A stretch of DNA of 64,000 bases from contig NC_087447.1 of assembly GCF_036321535.1 (NCBI RefSeq), positions 38,690,001 to 38,754,000 of the forward strand. Direction: 5' to 3'. Both the position numbers and the translations under genes were made by a program. Below the pieces are notes generated by a model. It made no database searches and was not told the DNA's origin. It was given only the letters and a program-made list of their open reading frames with translations. Source of the stretch: Camelus dromedarius (taxonomy: Eukaryota). Shown piece after piece: positions 1 to 11,735 of this stretch. The stretch's first letter is position 1. Every line of letters starts with the position of its first letter.

Positions 1-335
1 CTCATATGTGGAATCTAAAAAACGAAAACAAAAACAAACAAACAAACAAACAAAGCGTAAATACAAAACAGAAATAGACTCATAGACATAGAATACAAAC
101 TTGTGGTTGCCAAGGAGGGTGGGAAGGGATAGATGGTATTTCAAAATTGTAGAATAGATAAACTAGATTATACTGTATAGCACAGGGAAATATACACAAG
201 ATCTTATGGTAGCTCACAGAGAAAAAAATGTGACAATGAATATATATATGTTCATGTATAACTGAAAAATTGTGCTGAACACTGGAATTTGACACAACAC
301 TGTAAAATGATTATAAATTAATAAAAAATGTTTAA
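1..335 (+). mobile_element. LINE-1 3' UTR and A-rich tail (young, laurasiatherian type)
   Basis: Typical motifs atatgtggaatctaaaaa, gacatagaatacaaacttgtggttgcc, actgtatagcacaggg, then aataaaaaa tail. Confidence 0.85.
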
Positions 336-345
336 AAAAAATACT

Positions 346-493
346 GGGGGGGAGGGTATAGCTCAGTGGCCGAGTGCATGCCTAGTATACACGAGGTCCT
401 GGGTTTAATCCCCAGCACCTCCATTAAAATAAATAAATAAATAAACCTAATTACCACCCCCCAAAAGTTTTTAAATAAAAGATAAAAAAAGAA
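346..493 (+). mobile_element. tRNA-Ala(AGC)-derived SINE (camelid Vic-1-like)
   Basis: Head ggagggtatagctcagtgg...gaggtcctgggtttaatccccagcacctcca with A/B boxes; (aaat)n tail; TSD-like tttaaaaaa(aa)tact at 331-345 and 494-506. Confidence 0.9.
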
Positions 494-499
494 TTTAAA

Positions 500-803
500 A
501 AATACTTTATTTGCTAAAAAAATGCTAATCATTATCTGAGCCTTCAGCAAGTCATAATCTTTTTGCAACAGTGCCAAAGATCACTGATCACAGATCACCG
601 TAACAAATATAATAATGAAAAACTTTGAAATATTGCGAGAACTACCAAAATGTGACACAGAAACAGGAAGTGAGGAAATACTGCTAGAAAAATGACACCA
701 ATAAACTTGCTCGAACCAGGGTTGCCACAGAACTTCAATTTGTAAAAAACGCAGTATCTGCTAAGTACAGTAAAGCAAAGTGCAAGAAAATGAGGTATGC
801 CTG
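500..803 (-). mobile_element. Tigger1 internally deleted non-autonomous copy (TcMar-Tigger)
   Basis: The minus strand from 803 reads CAGGCATACCTCATTTTCTTGCAC, the Tigger1 terminus, flanked by TA (804-805). After gatcagtgatcttt (~577) it jumps to 3'-end sequence (gcaaaaagattatgacttgctgaaggctcag). Confidence 0.8.
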
Positions 804-2384
804 TACTTGTTCATTGCAGGAAAATCAGAAAACAGAGAGAAGCAAAAATTATGAAATAAACAATACTCACAATTCAACTACCCCAAGATAGTTATGAACA
901 TTTTGATGTATATCTTTTCAGATTATACATACATGTATACAATTCTAAAAAACAGAATTACACTTTACTGCCATTTCAGCTCAACAATACATCATGAACA
1001 TCCTTCTTTTCTACTCAATATGTAACTCAGTAAAATTAGCTATGGCTGCATAATAGCCCACAGTGTGGCCAGTCCACATTCTACCTGACAAACTTCAGAG
1101 CATTGACTATTTTGTTGTTTATAATTTGGGGATATTATGATGATCTCTTATTGCTAAATTTCACATCCTTAATTTTTCTGTGAGTGAAATTAATGCAGAT
1201 CATTATTGCTGAATCCGTCCAGGAAGGGATTTTGCAACGCTTCAGTAAAATCTGAGAGTGAATCCAAAGAAAATAATCCCAGTCATTAAATCTCCTCTTT
1301 CTAGTTTCCCGTGTGTATTTTCTGAGTCTGAAAGTCATGGAAGGAAAGACAGCTGTTTTGTCTTTTATGAAAAAGCTTTCAATACATATTTTTAGAAATT
1401 GAATAAAGATTTTGCCTTTATTGCTCTAAAGAGTTCGTTACAGAAAGGCAGAAAAGTGAAGGGGAAAAAAATCATCTCTCACTGTTTCAATAACTTTGGT
1501 TTGTTTGTTTCCTTCCAGACTTTTCTGTTTATACTTGGAAATTTGTAGACAGTTGTATTCCTACTGTGTGTATAATGTCTTGTTTTTTTTCTATTTGTCC
1601 TAAGAGCCTCCACATTTTTCCAGGTTTTTCTAAATGCATCAGGAACATCATCTGAAAGTCTGCATTGGCTGCATTCCCCAGTGTAGCTTTTGTAAGTGGT
1701 CCCTCTTTTAGGCTGTAAAGACTTAGGCCCAAATCTTGTCCTCCTTCCTGACAAAGCATCTCCCCTCCCGCCCCTAGACAGTTACTAGAATCTCTTTCTG
1801 CTCTAGCATCTCTTCCAACAGATTCTTATTTTCATTGCATTCATTAAAAAAAAAAAACCAACATTTCTGCTTCGTTTTTTCTTTGCCAGGGGTGTGCCCT
1901 CCACTGCCCAGATCTGAGAAGTGAGAGAAGCTGGGGGAGGAGCAGTGTGGAGGTGTCCACAAGCATCGTTGGGGGGCTCCTCAGTCATCGCCCTGGGTAC
2001 ATAGCCTCCAGACTCATGGAGGTCAAGTCCCAAAGTTTGTTACCCCAAAAAGCAGATGAATCCTGGGATGTTTCACATACTGGGAGCAAACACAGCAGGC
2101 CTGGCTTGGGAGCCAGGCTGGACCAGGACACGTGGGCGCCCTGAGCAGGCTAATAACCTGGCCTCTTTTCAAATGATATTCTCTCTGGAGGAGAGGCCGA
2201 GTGCTGGGCAGGAGGAGGAGGAGGCAGAGAGACTGCTGGCTCAGCACTGGCCACTCACAGCTGGGCTCCCAGCCCTGACCGTGCACACCCCTCCCAGCAA
2301 CTAAGAGGCCTGGAAGGCAGCCTAGACACCATTTCTTGCTGCCACTTTATAACTCCTGGGAGTTTTGCCCCCTACCAAAAGGCA

Positions 2385-2590
2385 ATGGTGAAGGGCCTGG
2401 GGCAGCCCAGCCTATCTACTAGTTGTGTGACTCTGGCAAATTCTTTACTCTTTCTGGAAGGAGTCTTATCTTTAAAATGGGGGATAATAATAGTACCTTC
2501 CTCAATGCATTGGAAGGGTTTAAATGAATTATTACATGTAAAGCAGTTAGAGAAGTTCCCAGCACAAAGCTATCACTGTAAATATTAGAA
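2385..2590 (+). mobile_element. MIR SINE
   Basis: Core-like actagttgtgtgactctggcaaa...ttatctttaaaatgggg ataataatagtacct. Confidence 0.7.
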
Positions 2591-2807
2591 TCATGGTATA
2601 TTATTTATAATAATAAAATCATTATTATCATGATCACGCTTGCTCCCAATTAATTCTGGTAAATTTTCTCCATCTCATTAGGGTTCCAATGACACTAGTG
2701 CTCCTTACAAACTGGGATCCTGGCACCAGCCCAGCTGGCCTGAACCGAACTCCAGCTTGGCTTGGGAGCCTTGAGTTCAATGGACCGGCTCCAGTAGAAC
2801 TGGTGCA

Positions 2808-2922
2808 TGTGTGTGTGTATGTGTGTGTGTGTGTGTAGTGGTCACTGCCTGATCACTTGACCCACACTGTAGGGGTGTGTGTGTGTAGTGGTCACTGCCT
2901 GATCACTTGACCCACAGTGTAG
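2808..2922. repeat. (TG)n followed by a 50-bp tandem duplication
   Basis: gtgtgtagtggtcactgcctgatcacttgacccaca(c/g)tgtag occurs at 2831 and 2881; period 50, one mismatch. Confidence 0.95.
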
Positions 2923-5700
2923 CCCTTGGTTGAAAAAGAGAGTCTGACATTCCACATGAGGAATGGGAGATGCTAAGCAAGGTAGAGATGGAGTTTGGGG
3001 AAACTGGTCATTTCCTAAGGGTAGGTAATCCTCAGTAAGAAAAGAGCTATCTCCTTTAGAAAAACCAGGAAGAGAAGGAAGAATTGTCCTGGGAGGTGAC
3101 TGATGCACATGTGTGAGTACCGGGGAATATCGTCATTTGCTGAATGTAAAATCCAGGGCATCCCAGAACGCAGCCAGAGCAATACATCTATTATTTACCA
3201 AGTCCATACACTATGTTCTTGCTAACACTTCATAGCCATTATTTCCCATGATCACTGCAATAATCTTGTAAAGTATGAATTATCCCCATTTTACAAATTC
3301 AGAAACAGGGATTAGGAAGCAGAAGCCTGAGCTCATGACCCTTGTGACCCTGAAGCTAGTGTTTGTAACCTCTGGACCTAACCCCATGTCCCTTCATCTT
3401 TCACTTGGGGAGATGGTGTCAGTGTCATCGCAAGGCTAGAAAACCACTCTGACAAGTAGGTTTGAACAAATAGAACAATACAGTTGGGGAACTTTATACT
3501 AGGTGGTCTAATGCCTAGAAAATAAATCAGCCTTTTAAGTTTTATACAGCAATACAGTTGAAATGTTTAATAATTATTCCCAGAGAATGGTATAATATAG
3601 TGCTAAAAATGAGTAATTGAAAAGCCCATCAAGGCAGATGAGGCATCTTCTCACTGAATTGCTCTTGAATAATTTACATAATTATTTCATTCAGATTTAT
3701 GATCAGCTCAGCAGAATGTATGGCTCTCTATCCTGCTCTGCCTGAGGTTGTGCGGGAAGCCGTTTTCTACTGTGCTAACCTTCGGAAACGGACGAATGTC
3801 TCTTGTACACTAATGGGGCTTTCAGTGGGTTGACTTCACTGAGTGAAGGACAAAGTTCAGAGCAAAAACCTGGTTTGCTAAGGCCCCTACATGTCCCAAG
3901 CACTGTTCTGGGGTTTATATGTATCAACAACATGGGCTCAACTTAAAGATCTCTTGTTTTCTATCTCACAGAAGAAACCAAGGCTCAGAAAAATAGTCAC
4001 TTAGATCTGCCAGATTCATAGTGAGCTCACACCAGGCAGTCTGGCTCCAAACCAGTGGCCTTTCCACTATATCACCAGCCTCCACAAAGACCCTGTGTGC
4101 CCAGAGAAGGATTAGACCTTTGGAAAGAGGATTCTAGAAACATCAGATGTTGGGGGAGGGAGCTGATCCCAGGCAGATTTTATCTGCAGCTCTGGCTTCT
4201 TAAACATCTGAGTTGATCCTCCGCCCTCACCCCTCCCTCCTCATTCCTTCATTCTTACAATGTCAGCACCTACAGGCACAGAGGGATCTAGACCAGTCTC
4301 CACAAGGGACACAGTTTCCCATGGACTCAGCCTTCCCACCCTGCCCAGATCATTCAAGGCTGTGGGCTTTATCAGAGGCCCAAGCTTATCAGCCTGCCTT
4401 TCCCGAGACCGCGGAGTGGGAGTTCTTGGCAAATACAGTTCGCTGGCAAATGTGGACAGATGGCTGGCTGGGTGAGACGGCAACCTTTGTTCCTGGTCTC
4501 ACCCGTATGTCAAAGTGGCCCCAAATGAGGAAAAGTGGGGGAGGAGGAAGGAAGAAAAGGATGGGCTGTTTTATAGACATGGAAAAATATATATAATCCT
4601 CTTTTTAACATTGCATCTAGGTTATAAATAGAAGATGGGTCTCTCTGACTTTCCCCCATCCTTGCATAGGACAGTGACATTTCCGGCAGGTGACTAAGTT
4701 TTCTTCTCAGTGCCCTGGTCTCCCCTTACCCTGATGCTTGGTTGCACTCTGCTTAAGTCAGCAGACATCAGCACAGGGTCAAACTGTGCTCCTCTCTCCC
4801 TGACCTCTCGCCTTGAGGATGAGGTAAGGTTCTGCTGAGGGTCCTTTCAGAAGAGACTTAAATAGATCCTTAAACATCTTCATTCTCCAGGATATAGAAA
4901 CCTGTCAAACTTTCCTCTCTTTTAGCATGAAAATGGCAGACATGATGCACGGACTTAAATCTTACAGAATATGCTACATGTCTGTGACCTTCTTCGCACC
5001 CTGGGGAAATGCCAAACTTTGATCTATTTTAACACTAAGAACCTCTCTTAGAGAAGTGGATATACAGTAACTCTCAGTGTCTATTTGTCAGACACATCCA
5101 ACGGGGTTACCAGCCAGGAGAGTACTGAGCTCTCACAAAACACGTCAATTATCTGAGGAGAATGCATTTTGGCTTTGCGTGTCTCAAGGTGGAGGGTTGG
5201 AAGGACACACTGATCAAATCATGCAGGAAAGGGTGGGAGGTATCGCCCTCTGCCGTAGTGAGGCAGCGCCAGGAGGGAGTGAGAGGCTGGCTCGCGCCTT
5301 GCTAAGAAGCAGGAGGTGTGAGCGGTTCACCAGCTGATGGATGACAGAAAGGAGCTCTTTAAAATAATTATTAAAAGCCAAAGAATCAGCTGTTGTTCTG
5401 TCTATACAGTGCATTGTAGGAGAAAGAACATTAACGAAAAGGGAGTGGGGCTGGGAGGAACAAAGGGAGAGAGAAACAGGCAAAGGTACCCTGGATTCAG
5501 TACTGGCCATAGACTGTTAGTGTGACTGTCTCGTTACCTCTTCAGCCCTCACAGTGATTCTGAGAGCCCCTGGCCTTCCCAGCCCCTGTTCCCTCTTGTT
5601 GCTGATCAGCTTCTACCTGTGGTCTCACTGTATATATCACTTGCTCTAGGAAACCTTCCTGAAAACCTCAGAGCTTGAGCCACACGTGCGGCTCTCTGTA

Positions 5701-6162
5701 TGGTAAAAGAGAAATCCAAATGGAGTCAGTAGTGCTAAGAGAGCTCCCTAAAATGGAGCTGAGAGGCCATTAAGCAAGTGTGACTTACATATGCTGACCT
5801 TTGGACCTGACAAAATCATCTAGAACACCTGCCAGAAACTCAAGATACTTATCAGACCCTTACTCTAAAATAACTCGTTGACAGTCTACTCATCAGACCT
5901 GTACCCTGAAACAACTCCTGATTCCTTAAGGACAACCCTTTTCGGACTGCATCAGAGTTGATCACAGTGCTCATCAGGCAACTTTTAACAATCTCGTGGC
6001 TTTTTGTCTTTATAAGCCCCTGACTCTCTCTTCCTTGAAACACTCTTTCAGGGTTACCCAACTCTGTCTTCCAAATTGCAATTATTAAGAAAAGAGTTTA
6101 CTTGTCTTATTTGTAGCCTCCTGTATTATTATTATTATTTGGTGGGGAGGGGGGAGCTGACA
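5701..6162 (+). repeat. 5' LTR of the ERV
   Basis: Aligns to 11049-11529 (gctaagagagc.ccctaaaatggagctg.gaggccattaag; ggcaacttttaacaa; ataagcccc; ccaaattgcaatt); ends TGACA. Confidence 0.85.
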
Positions 6163-6561
6163 TTACATGGTATCAGAAGAGAGTATATAGCAGGACCTGC
6201 CACTTGGGACTGGCACCACTTCAGATCTGAGTAAGGTACCTACAAGAGCCCACAGGGCTCTGTCACCTCCTCAGTGGTGGGGACATGGCAGTATGTCCTC
6301 CTGTACTGGAGCCTCCTCCCTTGGTAGAGGTTCTAGTTTCTCAGTGCCCTCTGTTGCTGGCTACTATCCTTTGGGATTTCACTTCCTGTTTTGTTCATTT
6401 TGTTTATGTGGCCTTTGGAATTTTGCTTCTTGTTTTGCTGATTTTGGTTGAGTAGCCTTCGGATTTTGCTTTCCATTTTGTATGGATTGCCAGCTTCTGG
6501 TCTCAGGATTTCATTTCCCATTTTTTCCCCTTTTTTTCTGGTGAGTAAATACTCCAGGAAT

Positions 6562-6830
6562 ATGGGAAGTTCACGCTCTAAGAGCAAGGCTGTAGGACAG
6601 CCTCCTTCTGGAATGTCTGCTGGTCTTGTGTATAAGAACTTTGGGCCCTTATCCCACAAGTATTTATTTGTCTTGCTGGATTATGATTACCCAGGATGAT
6701 CTACAATTAAGCTGGCCAACCTGGGGCTCTTCTGAAATTCTTAAATTAGTTTTTCTGCACAGTCTTAGAAAAAGAATGTAAGACAAGAATGGAAGCATAT
6801 ATCAATTGGTATTTTGAGGCCTCCAAAAAT
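6562..6830 (+). pseudogene. Frameshifted retroviral gag matrix relic
   Basis: ATG at 6562 gives MGSSRSKSKAVGQPPSGMSAGLVYKNFGPLSHKYL (MGxxxS myristoylation motif). It continues in shifted frames as WIMITQDDLQLSWPTWGSSEILKLVFL (WPxxGS motif) and AYINWYFEASK. It lies ~390 nt after the PBS. Confidence 0.7.
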
Positions 6831-9800
6831 GTAATAAAGAATCCACTTTTGCTTCCCCTCAGAGAAACTGACTCACAATGATCTCAAAGGATTTCCGAAT
6901 TGGAAAAATCCTCTGAGGTTCATGACAGCTCACTCTCACTCTCTCCTTCTCTCATTCCTTGCTCCTCCCTCTCCCTCCCTCTCCCCCTCCCTCCTCTGCT
7001 TCTTCCTATTCCTCTAAATGTCCACAAGGCTCTCCTCCTTGCTACCTGTCTCCCTCTGAACTTCCTTTTTATAATACCAAGATTGATCACCTACAGAAAG
7101 TAACAATAATTCTAAAAGCCTGTTGAAAATGTCTATGACTATTATGGCCATTTTGAAAAAAACAAACTTTTCCCCCCCAAAATTCTGACCTTAAGGGAAC
7201 AAAAAGTTCTCCTAGGAGGAGCTTGCATTTCTCTCTGTGACTTTGAGTTATAAATGTTCCATCTGGTCTTCTCAAGGAACTCTTATCTAGACTGTCCCCA
7301 ATTCTTAAGACTGATTAAAAAAAAAAAAAAAAAGAGGACTTTTAAAATTCAAACTGCTAAAAGGACTCTCTTGCTCAAACAGCCTCCTAAAAAGTGGTTG
7401 TCAAAGGCACAAAGCTTAAAAGTCTTCTCCACAAATAAATAATCCTTTAGCCATCTGAATGAGTAGACAATTTATTATCCCAACTGTTATTTATAAATTT
7501 GTGAGTTTTGTATTGTACCTGATTTCATGACTAAAGTTTTAAAATGAAAACTATGAGATCCCTGTCTGTGTCTATCTGGATGGATGTATGTCCAGGTATG
7601 TATGTTATAGATACGGTATATTTCTACTTCTGAATGGTATCGCCAAAATTAATTTGCAAAAGAGCTCTGTTTAATTGGCTTAAAGAAAGTTAAGTGCTTA
7701 TATAAATTATCAGAAATATAATAAAAATTAACACAAATTTCAGGTTCACATGATCTGGGAAATATTTGGTATTAAATTAATGTTTGGCATTATAGCTAGG
7801 CTGTTGATTTAATTGATAGAGACTGTCTTCAAAGTTATCAATATCAAATATAATACTTATATGGTTCCTAGGTTTACTAAAAGTCAAACAAGTTCATTTT
7901 ATCTGTCATAAAATTTGTCAGCAAGAAAAATAACTTGGTATGATGATATTTCTATAAGTAAATTAAATGTAAATGAGATGTGTTTTTAGGTGAACTCTAA
8001 GAATAGTTATGTTTTATGGTATGTCTACTTATAGTTTCTTCAAATCTTTTTGGTAACTTGAAACTTTAGAATTTTGCTAAATTAAGTTAAATTATGGAAA
8101 TTTATTGACTATCTAAATCATTCCCAAATGAAATAAAATGCTGAAACATTAATTACTCAACATAGGTTTCCTTTTATAGAGAAACTAAAGATATTTGAGA
8201 CTACTAGTAAATATGTTTGGTGCTACTGAGGAATTTCCTATGAGAAAGTACATGTTTTAGAAATTATAACATATGTAATTAAAACTACTAAAATTCATAA
8301 GGAAAACATCCTCATATGCAAGGGAAAAAAAATTTAAGACATAAAGAACAGAAATGCAGTTTCTTAAAGTAAAAGAAAGTAATTTTGTCCTAAAGCTGGT
8401 TTTTTTCTAAATAGGAAAAAAAATAAGGGATAAACTAAAATGAAATTAGAAAGTTATAGAAGGTTTGTAGGAGGAAAAAAGTAATCTTTAGAAAGGAATT
8501 TTATGTATGATCAAAACTGGCTAAGATTGGAATGAATTTAATTAAGTAATTGAGTTTTAATATTAAAAGTAAGCTGGTGCACAACTAACCCCCCCCCCTT
8601 TAACAGGACAAAATTTTCTTAAATTATTAGTCTGGTCTTAATGAGAAATTATACAAAAATTTTTTCTTTACCTTTAATTTAATCTGTCTAGAAAAACAAA
8701 GATTCTATATTTTGCAGCTAAGGATTTTTACAACTATATAACCTTCTTATTTGCCTCTGAAGTCTTTGTTTTGATTAAATGGATAACCAAGCATTGCTTC
8801 ACAGTTATGAAGCAATGATCCTATTTGATCCATGTTTTCTTAAAAACTTTGATATTTTTGATAAACTTCCCAAAATCAAATTCCATATGAAGTCTATGAC
8901 TTAGAACTAACTTTGAGGTATGAGATGTTTCAGAGGACCTCTGAAATATCTCAAAGATTTGTTCTCTCTCCTTATAAAAAGGGAGGTATTCAGGACTAAT
9001 TAGGATTATTTGATATATTAAATTACATAGGAAGCATTGTCAAATACAAAGTAATACTAAGCATTCTTTATGTTGTGTCTGTATAGGTGTATTTTATAAG
9101 TGTTTCAGAAACTGTGAAATTTCTGGAAATCTGATATGTCCAAGTATAAGTCATAATTCCAGTTATTATCTTAAATTATTTTGTGTCAGAGAATTAACCA
9201 AATTTCCTTGTTAATTCCATTATAATGAACTCTCGGATCTTCAATAATGGGCATTTTTAAGTCTTTTGTCACTTATAGATAGATATTGTTTTATTCTGAC
9301 ACTCTTACAAATATGTTTCATCTTCAGAGATATTCATGGGAGGGACTCTGACACTAACTCTAGCATACAGGCTTCTGATAAACTTTCAGATCACGCCACT
9401 GAACTAGGTCAGAATCACTGAATGCTAATGAAGAAACTGATGGCTTCATAAAACTGCCAATAAGATAAAAAATTAATTCCACGGGACTGAACTGATGAGG
9501 CTGATTATCATTTTTATGACTTTTTGTTTTAAGCATTGTCTATTTTTTTATGTTTTACTTTTCCAGATTTAAGGAAACCTTTTCTCTTAAGCTATCTATG
9601 ACTTGTGGCAATTTGATGAAGATACCTTCATAAATAAAGATGAAACATTTATCTTTTTCTTCTTATCTGATCCTTCCAGAATTTGGAAACTCTTAGTGAC
9701 TATTCTTATTTTCATGGAAATATAGTCATTTGCATAAGTTCAATAAGAATCTGTTTTCCTTATAACAGGACACAAATGGAAACACTGGTTGTATTACCAA

Positions 9801-11048
9801 GGCTTTGACTTGAATGTCATATTTGAGAGAATCATGCATAGACTCAGATATGACCAGACAGCTTTAAGAAACTAAGATTGACTTTACGGAGCCAATAAAG
9901 ATCCTTAAAGAAACAGCCTGGTAACTTGCTTACAGGGTTCCCAGCAGACTTATCAGGTGAGGAAGGAAGGTCATTTCCTGGCAGGTGCAGGAACCACAGA
10001 TATTTGGGGGACCCCAAGAAGAGAGGAATTCACCCATATCTACTGTTATTGCAGGCAAAGTCTGTTGGCAAGTCCTTGCTTGGCTTTTCTGGCCTCAAAA
10101 GGCTTTTAAAAGTTCAATCTAAGATTCCTTATGAAAAGTTCAAGCAAAGCAAACTTAAAAGAGCCTATATGATCAACTGCTATTCTTGCTATACTTATGT
10201 AAATAATCATCCCACGTTTATTGAAAACAGACTTATCTTGCAAACAGATCCATCTTAATTTGGCTATATTTGGTAGACATGAAGGTAATTTTGGAGAGAA
10301 AAATTATGTTTCAGTAACCTATCTTTGTGGATATTAGGTGCTAATACTGTTAATTGTCTTTGAGGTTTGGGTATTTACCTGTAAACTGAACTAGATCCAG
10401 AATTCTTCTAGTTTCCTCCAATATCTGGTGATACAACTCTCCAATATAAAATAAAAAACCAGTTTTTCTCCCATCCTTCTAACTTGGAACCACTGAGAAC
10501 CCAAACTGCTCTCCACCTAAACACCTGATGATGTCCTCAGAAACTGCAACTGCAAAAGATGCTGCCACTGTAACATCTAGAAATCTTCTTTAGCTGACTC
10601 CCCTCTGGACTTGGTGGCTTATTAAAATCTGAATTTCAACTAGTTATACTAATTATTGTTCCAGTTTCTTTGATGTTTCTAAACTGTTTATATGCTTTGT
10701 GTCTCTCGCTGCTATATTATGACACCCTCCACAGGAATAATGACAGTTTGACATCTAGAGATGATTGACTACTCCTACAAGATTTCTCCTGATGAAGACC
10801 CACAAATTTCTTCTATTTTGAATGCTGCCTGAGACTTACTTCCTAGATGGCTCCTTGTTGCTTAAATGTGGCCATAAACTCTCTCCAAAAACATACCTCT
10901 CACACAACCACTTTTTTCTCTCCACCTTGGGACATGACTGACTGGGAATGAGCCTTCCCAACACTGAGGGAGTTGATACCATTGCCAAATAATCAAATGG
11001 TTGATCATCAATGCTTTCTAAAGAAATATTTCAATCAAACGGGAGAAA

Positions 11049-11529
11049 TGAAAAAGGAAAATCAAACTGGAGTTGGTATTGCTAAGAGAGCACCCTAAAA
11101 TGGAGCTGGGAGGCCATTAAGGAAATGTGATGTATGTACATCTCAGCCTGGATGCAATCTGACCTTTGACCTAATGAAATCATCCAGAACACCTGCCTGA
11201 ACTTTGACCTAAGGAGGTCATCCAGAGCACCTGTCAGAAACTCAAGGTACTTATCAGACCCTTACCCTAAAACTACTGCTGATTCCCTAAGGACAACTCT
11301 TTTCTGACCGGTGTCAGAGTCAATCACAATTCTCATTAGGCAACTTTTAACAACCTTGTGGGTTGTCTTGATAAGCCCCCAATTCTTTCTCTTTCTTGGA
11401 ATACTCTTTCAAGGTTACCTAAATCTATGTCTCCCAAATTGCAATTCTTAAGACTTCAAAAGCTCTTTTCTTATTTGAAGCCTCCTGCATCATCATCATT
11501 ATTATTATCACCAATATTTTTGGTTGACA
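11049..11529 (+). repeat. 3' LTR of the ERV
   Basis: TG...CA termini (tgaaaaagg...ggttgaca), preceded by a polypurine tract, homologous to the 5' LTR. Confidence 0.88.
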
Positions 11530-11554
11530 GTCATCACCCTTTTCCTCACCTCTC

Positions 11555-11735
11555 CAGTGCTTGCTTCTTCAACTCCCGAACCCAAACATTAGAACCACCT
11601 AAGAGTTTTGGGAAACTAGTGATGCTTGGATCCCACTTCAGACCAACTGAATCAGAAGCTCTGGGTGTGGGGCCAGTGTAGTGGTGATTCTTTCAAAGGT
11701 CCTGGGTGATTTTGATGGACATTTAGGATGACAGC
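11555..11735. mobile_element. MER5-type hAT-Charlie fossil
   Basis: acattagaaccacct...cagaccaactgaatcagaagctctgggtgtggggcca...ctgggtgattttgatg. Confidence 0.65.

Larger units (their letters stand above)
5701..11529 (+). mobile_element. Degenerate two-LTR endogenous retrovirus (ERV1, MER4-group-like, non-autonomous)
   Basis: Homologous direct repeats at ~5701-6162 and 11049-11529; PBS-like TGGTATCAGAAG at 6168; purine tract gggagaaa before TG at 11049; gag MA relic from 6562; long AT-rich internal region with MER4-group-like motifs (ttaccaaggctttgact, cctggcaggtgcaggaacc). No intact pol. TSD is not clean. Confidence 0.88.

Noticed and set aside
346..423. tRNA-Ala-like sequences here and at 15875, 17400, 34075, 47990, 49275 and 57239
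   Set aside because: Dispersed, diverged copies with A-rich tails and TSDs: SINEs, not tRNA genes.
2825..2922. Direct repeats as a possible CRISPR-like array (also 43559-43608)
   Set aside because: Two adjacent copies with no unique spacers, in mammalian intronic DNA with no cas genes.
9926..10258. 110-aa ORF in the ERV internal region
   Set aside because: TTG start and no pol/env motifs; lies in the non-coding MER4-like segment.
10620..10800. Possible env transmembrane-tail relic in the ERV
   Set aside because: Position fits, but no ISD or CX6CC motif could be read; too decayed to support.
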